DNA from: a virus
Lineage: Duplodnaviria; Caudoviricetes
Virus record (IMG/VR): IMGVR_UViG_3300012952_000019
Coordinates: 1-64,000 of that record
Direction: 5' to 3' (one strand)
Length of the DNA stretch: 64,000 bases
The translations under genes and the position numbers were made by a program. The notes beneath the pieces are model-generated. The model did no database searches and was not told the origin of the DNA. It worked only from the letters and a program-made list of their open reading frames with translations. Every line of letters begins with the position of its first letter. The stretch's first letter is position 1. This document shows positions 10,010 to 19,101 of this stretch, piece after piece.

Positions 10010-10781
10010 TAGAAAACCTTGGATAAGGTTTTACTCACTAGAACCTGGTGTTACTGATCTCTATCCTATTAAACCTGCTAGTAATCAAAAAAGATCGTGG
10101 GTTCAAGAAGAAAGAAAGAGATCAAAATGCCCAGTATCAGGGTTAATATCAACTGCTAATTGTCCTGGCATTAAGAATTTAATGTCATCAGGTTTTATTG
10201 TACCTGCACCTGCTGATTTTAAGATAAGAACAAATGGTGATGGTATATCAGTAGATTGGGAAGCACCTTGGTTATTTAAAATGGGTGGTAATAAAAGAGC
10301 TTATATTGGTAAGCATGATGAAACACAAGTTGAACCAATATTAGATGACCCTAGTAAATCATTAAAGACAGTAGTTAAGATAGAAACTCCTTGGAGAGTT
10401 AAAGCTAGTAATGATATTGTACTATTACAATTACCAGTAAACTATAATAATGAAAAAAGATTTACGGCAGCAACGGGTCTTTTAGACCCAAAATACGGGC
10501 ATGTTATACACGCACAATTATTCTGGCATGTATTAGAAGGTGAAACTCATGTCAAAGCAGGAACTCCATTGATACAATATATTCCAATGCATAGAAAATA
10601 CTTGCAAAATAGTAATTTTGATACTATAATAGACTCTGCAGGTGATGTAGAATGGCAGATGGAAGAGTCTTTCGAGTATGCTAATCAGTCACAATTTATT
10701 GCAGAAGATACTGTTCAGAACAGACTAAATAGAGTGATGACAGTATTCAACAAGTATCGTAACAAAGGTTTTAAACTATGA
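9996..10781 (+). CDS. hypothetical protein of phage oxygenase clusters (beta-rich)
   Basis: 261 aa; CPG...M..GFIVP.P.D and KAGTPLIQYIP motifs; overlaps both neighbours. Confidence 0.6.
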   Translation: MGLLNRKPWIRFYSLEPGVTDLYPIKPASNQKRSWVQEERKRSKCPVSGLISTANCPGIKNLMSSGFIVPAPADFKIRTNGDGISVDWEAPWLFKMGGNKRAYIGKHDETQVEPILDDPSKSLKTVVKIETPWRVKASNDIVLLQLPVNYNNEKRFTAATGLLDPKYGHVIHAQLFWHVLEGETHVKAGTPLIQYIPMHRKYLQNSNFDTIIDSAGDVEWQMEESFEYANQSQFIAEDTVQNRLNRVMTVFNKYRNKGFKL

Positions 10782-11179
10782 GTGAAATTCAATTTTCTGG
10801 GTTACCAGGTGATAACGTGCAAAACCCTGCACCTGCTGTAGACCCTAATACAGGAAAACCATTTGCAGATCATACACCAGAAGATACAGCAAATCATGTT
10901 GCTGAATTTAAAATGGAAGGTATTGATGATTTAATCAATAACTTTAATGGTCAATATAATCAAGCACATGAAAAATGCACTAAACTAGAAGAGGAATTTA
11001 AAGATACTAAATTAAATCCTTATGGTGTAACACAAATTGATTTTAGTAAGAGACAAGAACTAAAAGATCAAATGTTAAGATTAGAAGGTGCTATCAATGG
11101 ATTGAAATTAGCACAAGAAACATTTGTATTAGATAAAGTAAAAGTAAAAGACCCTGATAAAGTATATCCTCAGTTATGA
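10778..11179 (+). CDS. hypothetical protein, predicted coiled coil
   Basis: 133 aa; ATGA overlaps on both sides; helical heptad-like segment. Confidence 0.65.
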   Translation: MSEIQFSGLPGDNVQNPAPAVDPNTGKPFADHTPEDTANHVAEFKMEGIDDLINNFNGQYNQAHEKCTKLEEEFKDTKLNPYGVTQIDFSKRQELKDQMLRLEGAINGLKLAQETFVLDKVKVKDPDKVYPQL

Positions 11180-11862
11180 TAATCGCTGAAGATTATTCTG
11201 GTCAAGGTTTACATTTATGGCATCCTTATGTTTTTAAGTATGAGTTTGACTTTAGTACAATACTACCAAAACTTAGACCAACATATGAAGCAGCATTAAA
11301 TCATTGGGCAGCACAAGAAGATCAAACTAAAGTAGAAACAATACCTAAATCTACTACCTCAAGAGTTGGTAGGTATGAACATACTTTAGAACCTCATAAT
11401 CAAGAATGTTTAAAACCATTTCATGATTGGTTGGGTCCTCGTCTTGGTTGGGTGTGGGATCAATTTGGTTATCTAGGATCAGAGAGTGAGATCAGTCAAT
11501 CATGGTTCAATAGACATATAAAAGGAGGACAAACTAAGGAACATACACATAATTGTATTGAGTTAGTTGTAGCATCCTATTTGCAAAATGATGGAGAAGG
11601 TCAAGGCAATATAGAAATAAAAGATCCATTAGAATATCATAAGACAGGTTATCCATATGATGCAGAGAAAGAAGTGTGGAAAGAAATTAAATGCCCTACT
11701 AATACAGTTTTAATATTTCCTGGTTGGGTTAATCATAGAAGTCAAAAGAATGAAATAGGTGGTGAAAGGATGGTGATGACATATAATATTAATGCTAGAC
11801 TATTCAAATGTGATGTTTATGAAAACAGATATGTTTTACCGAACTCTACTTATGCAACATGA
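11176..11862 (+). CDS. 2OG-Fe(II) oxygenase, TIGR02466-like
   Basis: WFN...EHTH (HxH), IFPGWVNH, R.VMTYN. Confidence 0.8.
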   Translation: MIIAEDYSGQGLHLWHPYVFKYEFDFSTILPKLRPTYEAALNHWAAQEDQTKVETIPKSTTSRVGRYEHTLEPHNQECLKPFHDWLGPRLGWVWDQFGYLGSESEISQSWFNRHIKGGQTKEHTHNCIELVVASYLQNDGEGQGNIEIKDPLEYHKTGYPYDAEKEVWKEIKCPTNTVLIFPGWVNHRSQKNEIGGERMVMTYNINARLFKCDVYENRYVLPNSTYAT

Positions 11863-12595
11863 GTTCCCTGACCTTATAAAGGTCAAGGAGCCAAGAGAGT
11901 GGGATGTTCAGTATATTAAATTAACTGATGATATAGGTTATTATATAACTGATGACCCATTTAAAGAAGGGTCATTCGATATGTACACAGATTTAGCAGC
12001 AACCTTTCCTATCATGACAGATACAAATAGAGGTGATTGCCGAGATCCAAATCCGTTTGCAACTATTCACCTACCACATTGGTGTTGTCTTGAAGTGTTT
12101 AGATTAATGAGAGGATATTTTAGAACATGGTTCGATGATAAGACAGTAGAACAATTACATCTAACAGAGTGGGGTAATTTATATTTTAAAAATGAATCAT
12201 TCCCTTGGGATTATTTTAGATTACCTCATGTAGATGGTGCTAAGGGATTAGTATCTAATTTATGGTTCACATCTAACCCTGACTCAGGAACAAAGATATA
12301 CAAGTATCATGGTGATATTATTAAAGGTGATGATAATAAATTATACTATGATTTCATGGCTAATCCAGATCACAAATTGTTTAATGAAGTAAGAGAGTTA
12401 TGTACTAACATGAAACGATTAGACGGATGGAAAAATTTATCAGAAGATGAAGAGAGACACTATGGTTTTGAATGTGTAGGAATAGCACCTTGCAAGAAAG
12501 GAACAATGACAATATATGATACAGAAATATCACATACACCTTACATAGAAGACTCATGTGATTTTAGATGGTCACACGCATATTGCATACAATGA
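11852..12595 (+). CDS. 2OG-Fe(II) oxygenase-like protein
   Basis: LPHVD, NLWF..GTKIY, distal H in SHTPY, then R. Start moved to ATG 11852 to minimise the overlap. Confidence 0.7.
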   Translation: MQHEFPDLIKVKEPREWDVQYIKLTDDIGYYITDDPFKEGSFDMYTDLAATFPIMTDTNRGDCRDPNPFATIHLPHWCCLEVFRLMRGYFRTWFDDKTVEQLHLTEWGNLYFKNESFPWDYFRLPHVDGAKGLVSNLWFTSNPDSGTKIYKYHGDIIKGDDNKLYYDFMANPDHKLFNEVRELCTNMKRLDGWKNLSEDEERHYGFECVGIAPCKKGTMTIYDTEISHTPYIEDSCDFRWSHAYCIQ

Positions 12596-13173
12596 AACCA
12601 TTTACAATTCATAGAGGAGAAAGTAATCTCAATGATTATATTTTTGAATCAACAGTAGCAGATAAAAATGTATGTAATTATCTTATAGATCAATATCATA
12701 TGATGGAACATCATCAAGGAACAGTAAGTAGGGATGGTGAAGAACATTTTGTTGATCCTAATATGAAGATAGCGGATCAGACTTATATTGAACCTGATAA
12801 TCCTTGTAGTAAAACAATATATGAATGTATAGACAAGACAATAAACTCAATAGAGTATGGATATACAATACCATATGATATAGAATCTAGAGATTATTCT
12901 ATTAGAAGGTATCCAAAAGGTGAAGGACACTTTGGAACTCATGTTGACACAACATCCAAAATGACGTATAATAGGCTTCTTGCCTTTATATTATATCTTA
13001 ATGATGTTGAAGAGGGTGGTGAAACAGAATTTATTACTCTTAATAGATTAATAAAACCTGAGACAGGTAAAGTATTATGCTTTCCTTGTAATTTTATGTT
13101 CCCCCATAAAGGCAATACCCCTTTATCAAATGACAAGTACATCGTAACAGCATTTGTTTATCCAAAATGGTAA
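12592..13173 (+). CDS. 2OG-Fe(II) oxygenase, prolyl-4-hydroxylase-like
   Basis: HVD...RLLAFILYLNDVEEGGETEF...FPH...KY. ATGA overlap places the start at 12592. Confidence 0.88.
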   Translation: MKPFTIHRGESNLNDYIFESTVADKNVCNYLIDQYHMMEHHQGTVSRDGEEHFVDPNMKIADQTYIEPDNPCSKTIYECIDKTINSIEYGYTIPYDIESRDYSIRRYPKGEGHFGTHVDTTSKMTYNRLLAFILYLNDVEEGGETEFITLNRLIKPETGKVLCFPCNFMFPHKGNTPLSNDKYIVTAFVYPKW

Positions 13174-13742
13174 ATAACGACTACAACTTATATGAAATAG
13201 ACCCTATCCATTGTGATATAGATCATGATAAATTGATTCAATATGTAGATATGTCAAAGTCTAAATTTGAACATCTATTCAATGATAAAACACATGATAC
13301 TGGTTTCTATTATCTCTATAATTTTTTTAGTATAGCTTCATGTAATAAGGATACATATAATTTATATCTTGCTATTGTAAAATGTATAAAGGATTATTTT
13401 GAAGTTCATAATATACCAAAAGATAATGTATGGATGCAAATGTGGATGAACATACATGATAAAGATCAAGTTCTTAAATCACATTCACATGACTTTCCTT
13501 ATCATGGTTATTTCTCATTAACACCTCAAAATACTGATACTGTATTTCAAGATAAAAAGAATGGAAAAGAACTGTATAGAATAAAGAATGCACCATACAA
13601 TGTTTATATTGGACCTGGTGAAAGACATCACTATGTTGATGTATTAGAAGATTATACAGATAAAAGAATTACATTTGGATTTGATATTCAAACTAATAAT
13701 TTAGTTACTGGTAACTTTAGTTTCATACCCATAGCATTATGA
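13167..13742 (+). CDS. 2OG-Fe(II) oxygenase-like protein
   Basis: WMN...HSH, distal HYV, RITFGFD. Confidence 0.7.
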   Translation: MVNNDYNLYEIDPIHCDIDHDKLIQYVDMSKSKFEHLFNDKTHDTGFYYLYNFFSIASCNKDTYNLYLAIVKCIKDYFEVHNIPKDNVWMQMWMNIHDKDQVLKSHSHDFPYHGYFSLTPQNTDTVFQDKKNGKELYRIKNAPYNVYIGPGERHHYVDVLEDYTDKRITFGFDIQTNNLVTGNFSFIPIAL

Positions 13743-14320
13743 TTAACTTAGATTTATATTTTCCTACACCAGTATGGTGGACTGATACTAATCTTGATAA
13801 TGAATATTTAAAAGATATAGTATATAATAAAAAAATTGATTTTCCAGAAGGAAGAGAAATTAGCAACTATGGTGGATGGCAGTCAAATGTATTTCCATCA
13901 TCTCATGTACCACCATTATGTGATGTAGCAATTCAAATAGCAGATCAAGTTAAAGAAGACATGGGATTAAATCCATATACTGCCTTTGATGTAGATAATC
14001 TATGGTGTAATATTAATAATCAAGGTAACTCAAATCAAATACATATACATCATGGTTCATTCTTATCTGGTGTATATTATGTTCAAGCTAATGAGAATAG
14101 TGGTGATCTTATATTCTACAAAGATTTTAATAAACAATATATGAAAACTACTGATACAGAAATAGTAAAACATACACCATTAACAGGGGATGTAGTAAGA
14201 TATAAACCTAAAACTGGTAGGATGTTTGTATTTCCTGGTTGGTTACCACACTCAGTAGATAAGTGTATAGATAATACAGATAGAGTATCTATTGCCTTTA
14301 ACATATCAATTAAAAAATGA
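13739..14320 (+). CDS. 2OG-Fe(II) oxygenase, TIGR02466-like
   Basis: FPTPV, SNYGGWQS, HIH..SFLSGVYY, FPGWLPHSV, RVSIAFN. Confidence 0.88.
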   Translation: MINLDLYFPTPVWWTDTNLDNEYLKDIVYNKKIDFPEGREISNYGGWQSNVFPSSHVPPLCDVAIQIADQVKEDMGLNPYTAFDVDNLWCNINNQGNSNQIHIHHGSFLSGVYYVQANENSGDLIFYKDFNKQYMKTTDTEIVKHTPLTGDVVRYKPKTGRMFVFPGWLPHSVDKCIDNTDRVSIAFNISIKK

Positions 14321-14835
14321 TTCAAACTATTGAAAATATTATTCCAAAGTCACAACAAGATTTTCTTTTAAATAAGGTAACTGACTTAAGTTTTGACTGG
14401 CATTTTATGCCTGATGTCACTTATGTAGAGGAAGGAGAAGGAATAAACACACCAGGTTTTGCTAACCTATTAGTCAATGGACAGAAGAGATCAGGTCAAG
14501 AAGATTTATTCATGTCACCACTTATTGAGTACTTACATAGAACAAATCAAAAGTTAGGTGCATTACATAGAATGAGATTAGGAATGACCTTGAATAATAG
14601 TAACGAAGAACATAACAATAAACATATTGATTTTAACTTTCCACATCAAGTGGCATTATATTATATGAATGATAGTGATGGTGATACACTTGTTTGGAAT
14701 GATGATATTATCACCAGAGTATCACCTAAGAAAGGAACATTTTTTGTATTTGATGGAGCATTTCCTCATGCTAGTTCTTGCCCTAAAGAACATTCAACAA
14801 GAATTGTTTTAACATATAATTTTACGACAAGATGA
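14317..14835 (+). CDS. 2OG-Fe(II) oxygenase
   Basis: HID...LYYMNDSDGDT...PKKG..FDG..PHASS...RIVL.YN. Confidence 0.85.
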   Translation: MIQTIENIIPKSQQDFLLNKVTDLSFDWHFMPDVTYVEEGEGINTPGFANLLVNGQKRSGQEDLFMSPLIEYLHRTNQKLGALHRMRLGMTLNNSNEEHNNKHIDFNFPHQVALYYMNDSDGDTLVWNDDIITRVSPKKGTFFVFDGAFPHASSCPKEHSTRIVLTYNFTTR

Positions 14836-15443
14836 GACTACCTTTAACAGTAGTAGATAACTTTTTTGAGACACCAACACTTGTAAGAAACTTTGCATTA
14901 CAACAAGAGTTTTTTAAAGGTGATAGAGGAAACTGGCCAGGTATTCGCACTAATTTTATAGAAGATTTAGACAGAGATTTATTTAATGCAATACATGATA
15001 AACTACTAAATTATATACCTAGAAATTATAAAGGATTTCAACATTTAGAAGCAACATTTCAATTAATAGATGAGACATATGGAGAGGGATGGGTACATAA
15101 TGACGACCCCAAATGGAATGTAGCAGGTATAATATATCTCAATAATATAAAACCAAAACAACAATGTGGAACTACATTTTTTGATGATAGAGATACATCA
15201 CAAGATATAGTCTATAGTGATGAGTTTCAAGCTGATGTAAATTCTGATCCAGATCAAAGAAATAAACATCCAGAATTAAGACAACAGATAAGAGATAGAT
15301 GGGTTCATAGTATGATTGCAGAGAATAGATGGAATCGTTGTGTTATATCTGACTCAACTAGATGGCATAGTGCAGGTAAATTTTTTGGACATGATAAAGA
15401 TACAGCAAGGCTTACTATAGTATTTTTTGGGAGAGTGATATGA
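14832..15443 (+). CDS. 2OG-Fe(II) oxygenase-like protein
   Basis: VVDNFF..P..VR, WPGIR, WVHND, AGIIYL, GT, WHSA, RLT.VFF. Confidence 0.8.
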   Translation: MRLPLTVVDNFFETPTLVRNFALQQEFFKGDRGNWPGIRTNFIEDLDRDLFNAIHDKLLNYIPRNYKGFQHLEATFQLIDETYGEGWVHNDDPKWNVAGIIYLNNIKPKQQCGTTFFDDRDTSQDIVYSDEFQADVNSDPDQRNKHPELRQQIRDRWVHSMIAENRWNRCVISDSTRWHSAGKFFGHDKDTARLTIVFFGRVI

Positions 15444-16024
15444 ATGATATTATAGTTGTAGATGATTTCATATCAAAAGATTATGCAAATCATATAGAAG
15501 ACATAGTTAATGAAAAAGATTTTCCATTACATTTTAGACAGGGCATAGTAACTAACGAAGATGAACATGAAGGCAATGTAGATGGATTCATTCATATGTT
15601 ATATGAAGTTCAAAAACCTGTATCACCTAGGTTTCCATTAATATATCCTATGGTATTAAGTATTACTGAAGCAACTGGTATTCAATGGAGAGTACTAGAG
15701 AGATTAAGATTTAATTTCATGCTAGGTAATAAGCAGTCTAAACTATTACATCATGCACCTCATACTGATAACTACACACCACATTGGTCAGCAATATATT
15801 ATGTAAATGATTGTGATGGTGATACATTCTTTTTCGATCAAAAGCTTACTGAATTCACAGAGGAAGAGTCATATAGAATAACATATGAAAACGACTGGAC
15901 AATTAAAAAACGTGTATCACCTAAGAAAGGACGACTAGTTATGTTTGATGGTGTAAGATTTCATGCTAGTTCATTTACTAAAACTAAACCATTTAGATGT
16001 GTAATTAATATGAATTTTTCATGA
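15440..16024 (+). CDS. 2OG-Fe(II) oxygenase (paralog of 14317-14835)
   Basis: PHTD...IYYVNDCDGDT...SPKKGR..FDG..FHASS...R.VINMN. Confidence 0.85.
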   Translation: MNDIIVVDDFISKDYANHIEDIVNEKDFPLHFRQGIVTNEDEHEGNVDGFIHMLYEVQKPVSPRFPLIYPMVLSITEATGIQWRVLERLRFNFMLGNKQSKLLHHAPHTDNYTPHWSAIYYVNDCDGDTFFFDQKLTEFTEEESYRITYENDWTIKKRVSPKKGRLVMFDGVRFHASSFTKTKPFRCVINMNFS

Positions 16025-16551
16025 TAAACGTAGTTAAACAAGCTATTAGTAAAGATACTTGTGAAGTATTATCTCAGAGTATGGAACTTATGAGAGTGAT
16101 GATGGGCAACCCACCTGACCCTACCATTAATAATGCTTTTGGATATTATTCGCCAGTATTCTTAGAGAGTTTAATGTTGTATATGCAACCAAAGATAGAG
16201 AAAAAAGTTGGTAAGAAATTATATCCAACATACTCTTATGGTAGGATATATGGACATGGATCAGTTTTAGAAAGACATACAGATAGACCAAGTGGTGAAT
16301 ACGGTGTCACCTGTTGTTTAGAAAAAGAATGTAAGTATCCTATATTTTTTGAACGTGATGGACATAATATACAAATAGAATTAGGTGTAGGAGATATATG
16401 CATATACAAAGGCATAGACTATCCCCATTGGAGAGAACCATATCAAGGTACTAGACACATTCAAGTATTTCTCATGTATGTTGATAGTAAAGGATTGTAT
16501 CAGGATTGGAAGTGGGACAAGAGACCGAGCTTATGCCAACCACCAAACTGA
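16021..16551 (+). CDS. 2OG-Fe(II) oxygenase
   Basis: LYPTYSYGRIY..G..L.RHTDRPS.E...GD..IYKG...HWRE...QVF. Confidence 0.85.
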   Translation: MINVVKQAISKDTCEVLSQSMELMRVMMGNPPDPTINNAFGYYSPVFLESLMLYMQPKIEKKVGKKLYPTYSYGRIYGHGSVLERHTDRPSGEYGVTCCLEKECKYPIFFERDGHNIQIELGVGDICIYKGIDYPHWREPYQGTRHIQVFLMYVDSKGLYQDWKWDKRPSLCQPPN

Positions 16552-16589
16552 CCCCAAGAGCTTCACAAATAGAAAATATGTGATAGAAT
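16532..16589 (+). promoter_or_regulatory. degenerate palindrome plus early promoter (copy 1)
   Basis: TATGCCAA-N8-CTGACCCC, then TTCACA and TAGAAT at 16584 (28 nt after the palindrome). Confidence 0.45.
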
Positions 16590-16611
16590 ATATAAGACCA
16601 CATACATTATC

Positions 16612-16857
16612 ATGCCAAGATTTATTTTAACAGCCACAGATGCTGACGGGACGACCACGACCAAAACTTTCGATTCAGAATTTTTGGGAGAGATCGTAGA
16701 AAAGACTGATGACTTCTTACGAGGAGTAGGATTTGTCTATGAAGATCTTAGTGTTAAGTATAGTGACGACAATACTATTCCTAACATAAGGACAGGAAAA
16801 CCTGAGTCAATCTACAGGGATAACATTCATGACAATTCCAATATTGGTATCGAATAA
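16612..16857 (+). CDS. hypothetical protein
   Basis: 81-aa ORF directly after the promoter. Confidence 0.7.
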   Translation: MPRFILTATDADGTTTTKTFDSEFLGEIVEKTDDFLRGVGFVYEDLSVKYSDDNTIPNIRTGKPESIYRDNIHDNSNIGIE

Positions 16858-16932
16858 CACATCATATTCGATGCAGTTCTCATATTATGAGACTATATAA
16901 AATGTAGTTCAAAGTTGTTTTTTTATTAAGAC

Positions 16933-17109
16933 ATGGGCAAAACTTTTAGACGAGGCGGTAGTGAGTACGGTAACAACAGTTATGGTAAATCATTACGAGA
17001 CAAACGTTCAAGAGGAAGCAAACGTTACTTTAAGGAGGATTCAAATGGAGGACAAAAAGTCCAAAGAAAATATGAATACACCGAAGAAGACGGACGTAAT
17101 AGAGGATGA
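16933..17109 (+). CDS. small basic Arg/Gly-rich hypothetical protein (58 aa, not in ORF track)
   Basis: MGKTFRRGGSEYGNNSYGKSLRDKRSRGSKRYF...; ATG 16933 to TGA 17107-17109. Confidence 0.6.
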   Translation: MGKTFRRGGSEYGNNSYGKSLRDKRSRGSKRYFKEDSNGGQKVQRKYEYTEEDGRNRG

Positions 17110-17185
17110 ACTTGACGATGATGGACTGGACTATGAAGATGGTTACTATTCATCAATGGATATAGAATACACAAACGAATACTAA
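17045..17185 (+). CDS. small acidic hypothetical protein
   Basis: Strong SD (AAGGAGG) before ATG 17045, in the frame of track ORF 16961. Confidence 0.5.
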   Translation: MEDKKSKENMNTPKKTDVIEDELDDDGLDYEDGYYSSMDIEYTNEY

Positions 17186-17186
17186 A

Positions 17187-17435
17187 ATGATCGGCAAAGA
17201 AACCCCCGAAATTAAGTATGATCGAGCATTAACTCTATTTGAAGAGTCAGTATTACAACCTGACTCTAAACTTAGAGGTTGTGCATATAATCAAGGATGT
17301 TTTGATGAACTCATGGAGATCAGAGAACACGTTTTAGATTATCTTAAAACTTTGAGAGAGGTCACTCGTCACACTAATGCTGACGAGAGTGACGATATTG
17401 AAACTGCCAAGTTACAAACAATGAAATCAAAGTGA
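17187..17435 (+). CDS. hypothetical protein
   Basis: 82-aa ORF packed between neighbours. Confidence 0.7.
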   Translation: MIGKETPEIKYDRALTLFEESVLQPDSKLRGCAYNQGCFDELMEIREHVLDYLKTLREVTRHTNADESDDIETAKLQTMKSK

Positions 17436-17632
17436 TCGGACTTAACTCAGCAATTTTAACAACAGATCAAAAACTCATCGTCAAAGATTCTTTGATGATG
17501 TATGTCTGTTCTCTACAGAAACAATACTTTAGAGACGGAAATTTATCGTCAGTAGAATATCTCAAACGAATGAAAGAGATAGAGATTGTTGCTGACCAAT
17601 TACATTTAAAGGAACTTTACAAACATGGATGA
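17432..17632 (+). CDS. hypothetical protein
   Basis: GTGA overlap with the upstream stop. Confidence 0.6.
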   Translation: MIGLNSAILTTDQKLIVKDSLMMYVCSLQKQYFRDGNLSSVEYLKRMKEIEIVADQLHLKELYKHG

Positions 17633-17810
17633 ACCCACAGACTTATATCAAGATATGGAAAAACTCAATATGTTATATGAAGAGTTGATGTGGGATAATG
17701 ATGATGTTTTAGACTTTACACCTGATTATAAACATGATAGAATTATAATCACTAATATCTCTCAAAGGAGTAGGAGAATTAAACATGGTAAAGATTTAGA
17801 TGCATTATGA
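17625..17810 (+). CDS. hypothetical protein
   Basis: 61 aa; SD AAGGA. Confidence 0.6.
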   Translation: MDEPTDLYQDMEKLNMLYEELMWDNDDVLDFTPDYKHDRIIITNISQRSRRIKHGKDLDAL

Positions 17811-17980
17811 AATACCATTTGTACGACACTAACGAAAGACATCAAGGAACTTTTGAGTCTGTTTATGATCTTAGAAAATTCTTATGCGACAGAAAGTATG
17901 ATGAGAATTGTGATAAGGACATAGGTTGTACATTTGATTATATTAAATCTATAAAATGGTTTTTTGAAATAGAAGAATGA
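17807..17980 (+). CDS. hypothetical protein (57 aa, not in track)
   Basis: MKYHLYDTNERHQGTFESVYDLRKFLCDRKY...; ATGA overlaps at both ends. Confidence 0.7.
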   Translation: MKYHLYDTNERHQGTFESVYDLRKFLCDRKYDENCDKDIGCTFDYIKSIKWFFEIEE

Positions 17981-18597
17981 TTGAACACTTTAATCCAAAG
18001 TGGTATTTCAAGGACACACTCACAGATATAGATCAACAGCAGATAGATGACTGGTTTGCTGAATTATATACTGATGCAGAAGGATTTGGAATACCAAAAG
18101 ACTGGCAGAAATTATGTAGAGTAACATCTACAGATAGAAAGACTGATGGTAATCCCATATGGGAAGACTATTTAAAATTACTTAAACCTTATCACGATAA
18201 GTTTCTAAGTGAGATAGAGACATACTGGGATGCAGAATTAATATGTGATAACGTATGGGTCAACAGATATACAGAAGGAGATTTCCAAGAGGTTCATAAC
18301 CATTGCCATCCCGACTATAATATTGCTATGGTATATTTTCATAAGTGTCATGGTTCACAGTTTCATTTTTTTGATTCATCATGGACAGAGTATAGATCAA
18401 GCGGACTAGATCAGATAATGGATGTGGTAGGAGAAGAGATAGTACAACTAGAGATAGATCAGGGAGATATAATTATGTTCCCAACTAACTATCCTCATTT
18501 CGTATCGCCTAATATGAAAGAGGAACTAAGGATAACGTTTGCAGGTAACTTTAAACTACAAAGAAAAGCTATGACACTTGGAGAAGTGACCATATAA
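17977..18597 (+). CDS. 2OG-Fe(II) oxygenase, TIGR02466-like
   Basis: WVNRY..GDFQEVHNH, GDIIMFP..YPHFV, RITFAGN. Confidence 0.85.
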   Translation: MIEHFNPKWYFKDTLTDIDQQQIDDWFAELYTDAEGFGIPKDWQKLCRVTSTDRKTDGNPIWEDYLKLLKPYHDKFLSEIETYWDAELICDNVWVNRYTEGDFQEVHNHCHPDYNIAMVYFHKCHGSQFHFFDSSWTEYRSSGLDQIMDVVGEEIVQLEIDQGDIIMFPTNYPHFVSPNMKEELRITFAGNFKLQRKAMTLGEVTI

Positions 18598-18626
18598 GTG
18601 ACATACTGGTAATAGTGTGGTATACT
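18570..18626 (+). promoter_or_regulatory. palindrome plus early promoter (copy 2)
   Basis: TATGACAC-N8-GTGACCAT; GTGACA-17-TATACT with TG extension (-10 at 18621). Confidence 0.6.
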
Positions 18627-18648
18627 AGTATCATAGTTAAAGAGATCA

Positions 18649-19101
18649 ATGAAACTCAGACCTCAAATCGAACTCAACAAAACATACACTTATGAGTGTG
18701 ATGCTACATTTGGCACACTATCACAAGAGAAAGTTAATAAGTTATTTACTGATGGCAGAAGAGCATCTGGATTTCTTGAGATTCAATTAGAAGAGTGGTT
18801 TCCTAATCTTACATTTGTAGATGGTAAAGGTTATGACCACGTTGATACAGATGGACTCAAGTATGATGCAAAATGTTTTACCAGAGGTGGTTCAAAGTTT
18901 TGTTCATCAAAGTATTTGGGTGTAGGTAGATCATTAAATGTTGAAGAGCATGAAGCACACGCAGAAAATATTATCTACATTTTTACAGATGTGGTAGAAT
19001 TTCCAAAGGTTCAAGTTAGATTTGTAAAAGGTTCTGATTTAATCCAGACTTATAAAAAAGGTTCCATTCCATTCTCACATAGAAATGCTTTATTTGGATG
19101 A
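18649..19101 (+). CDS. putative PD-(D/E)xK restriction-like endonuclease
   Basis: E...KGYDHVD...KYDAKC pattern; overlaps the downstream methyltransferase gene. Confidence 0.5.
   Translation: MKLRPQIELNKTYTYECDATFGTLSQEKVNKLFTDGRRASGFLEIQLEEWFPNLTFVDGKGYDHVDTDGLKYDAKCFTRGGSKFCSSKYLGVGRSLNVEEHEAHAENIIYIFTDVVEFPKVQVRFVKGSDLIQTYKKGSIPFSHRNALFG

Noticed and set aside
11176-16551. 2OG-dependent halogenases among the oxygenases
   Set aside because: All show HxD or HxH ligands; none shows the HxG/A substitution typical of 2OG halogenases
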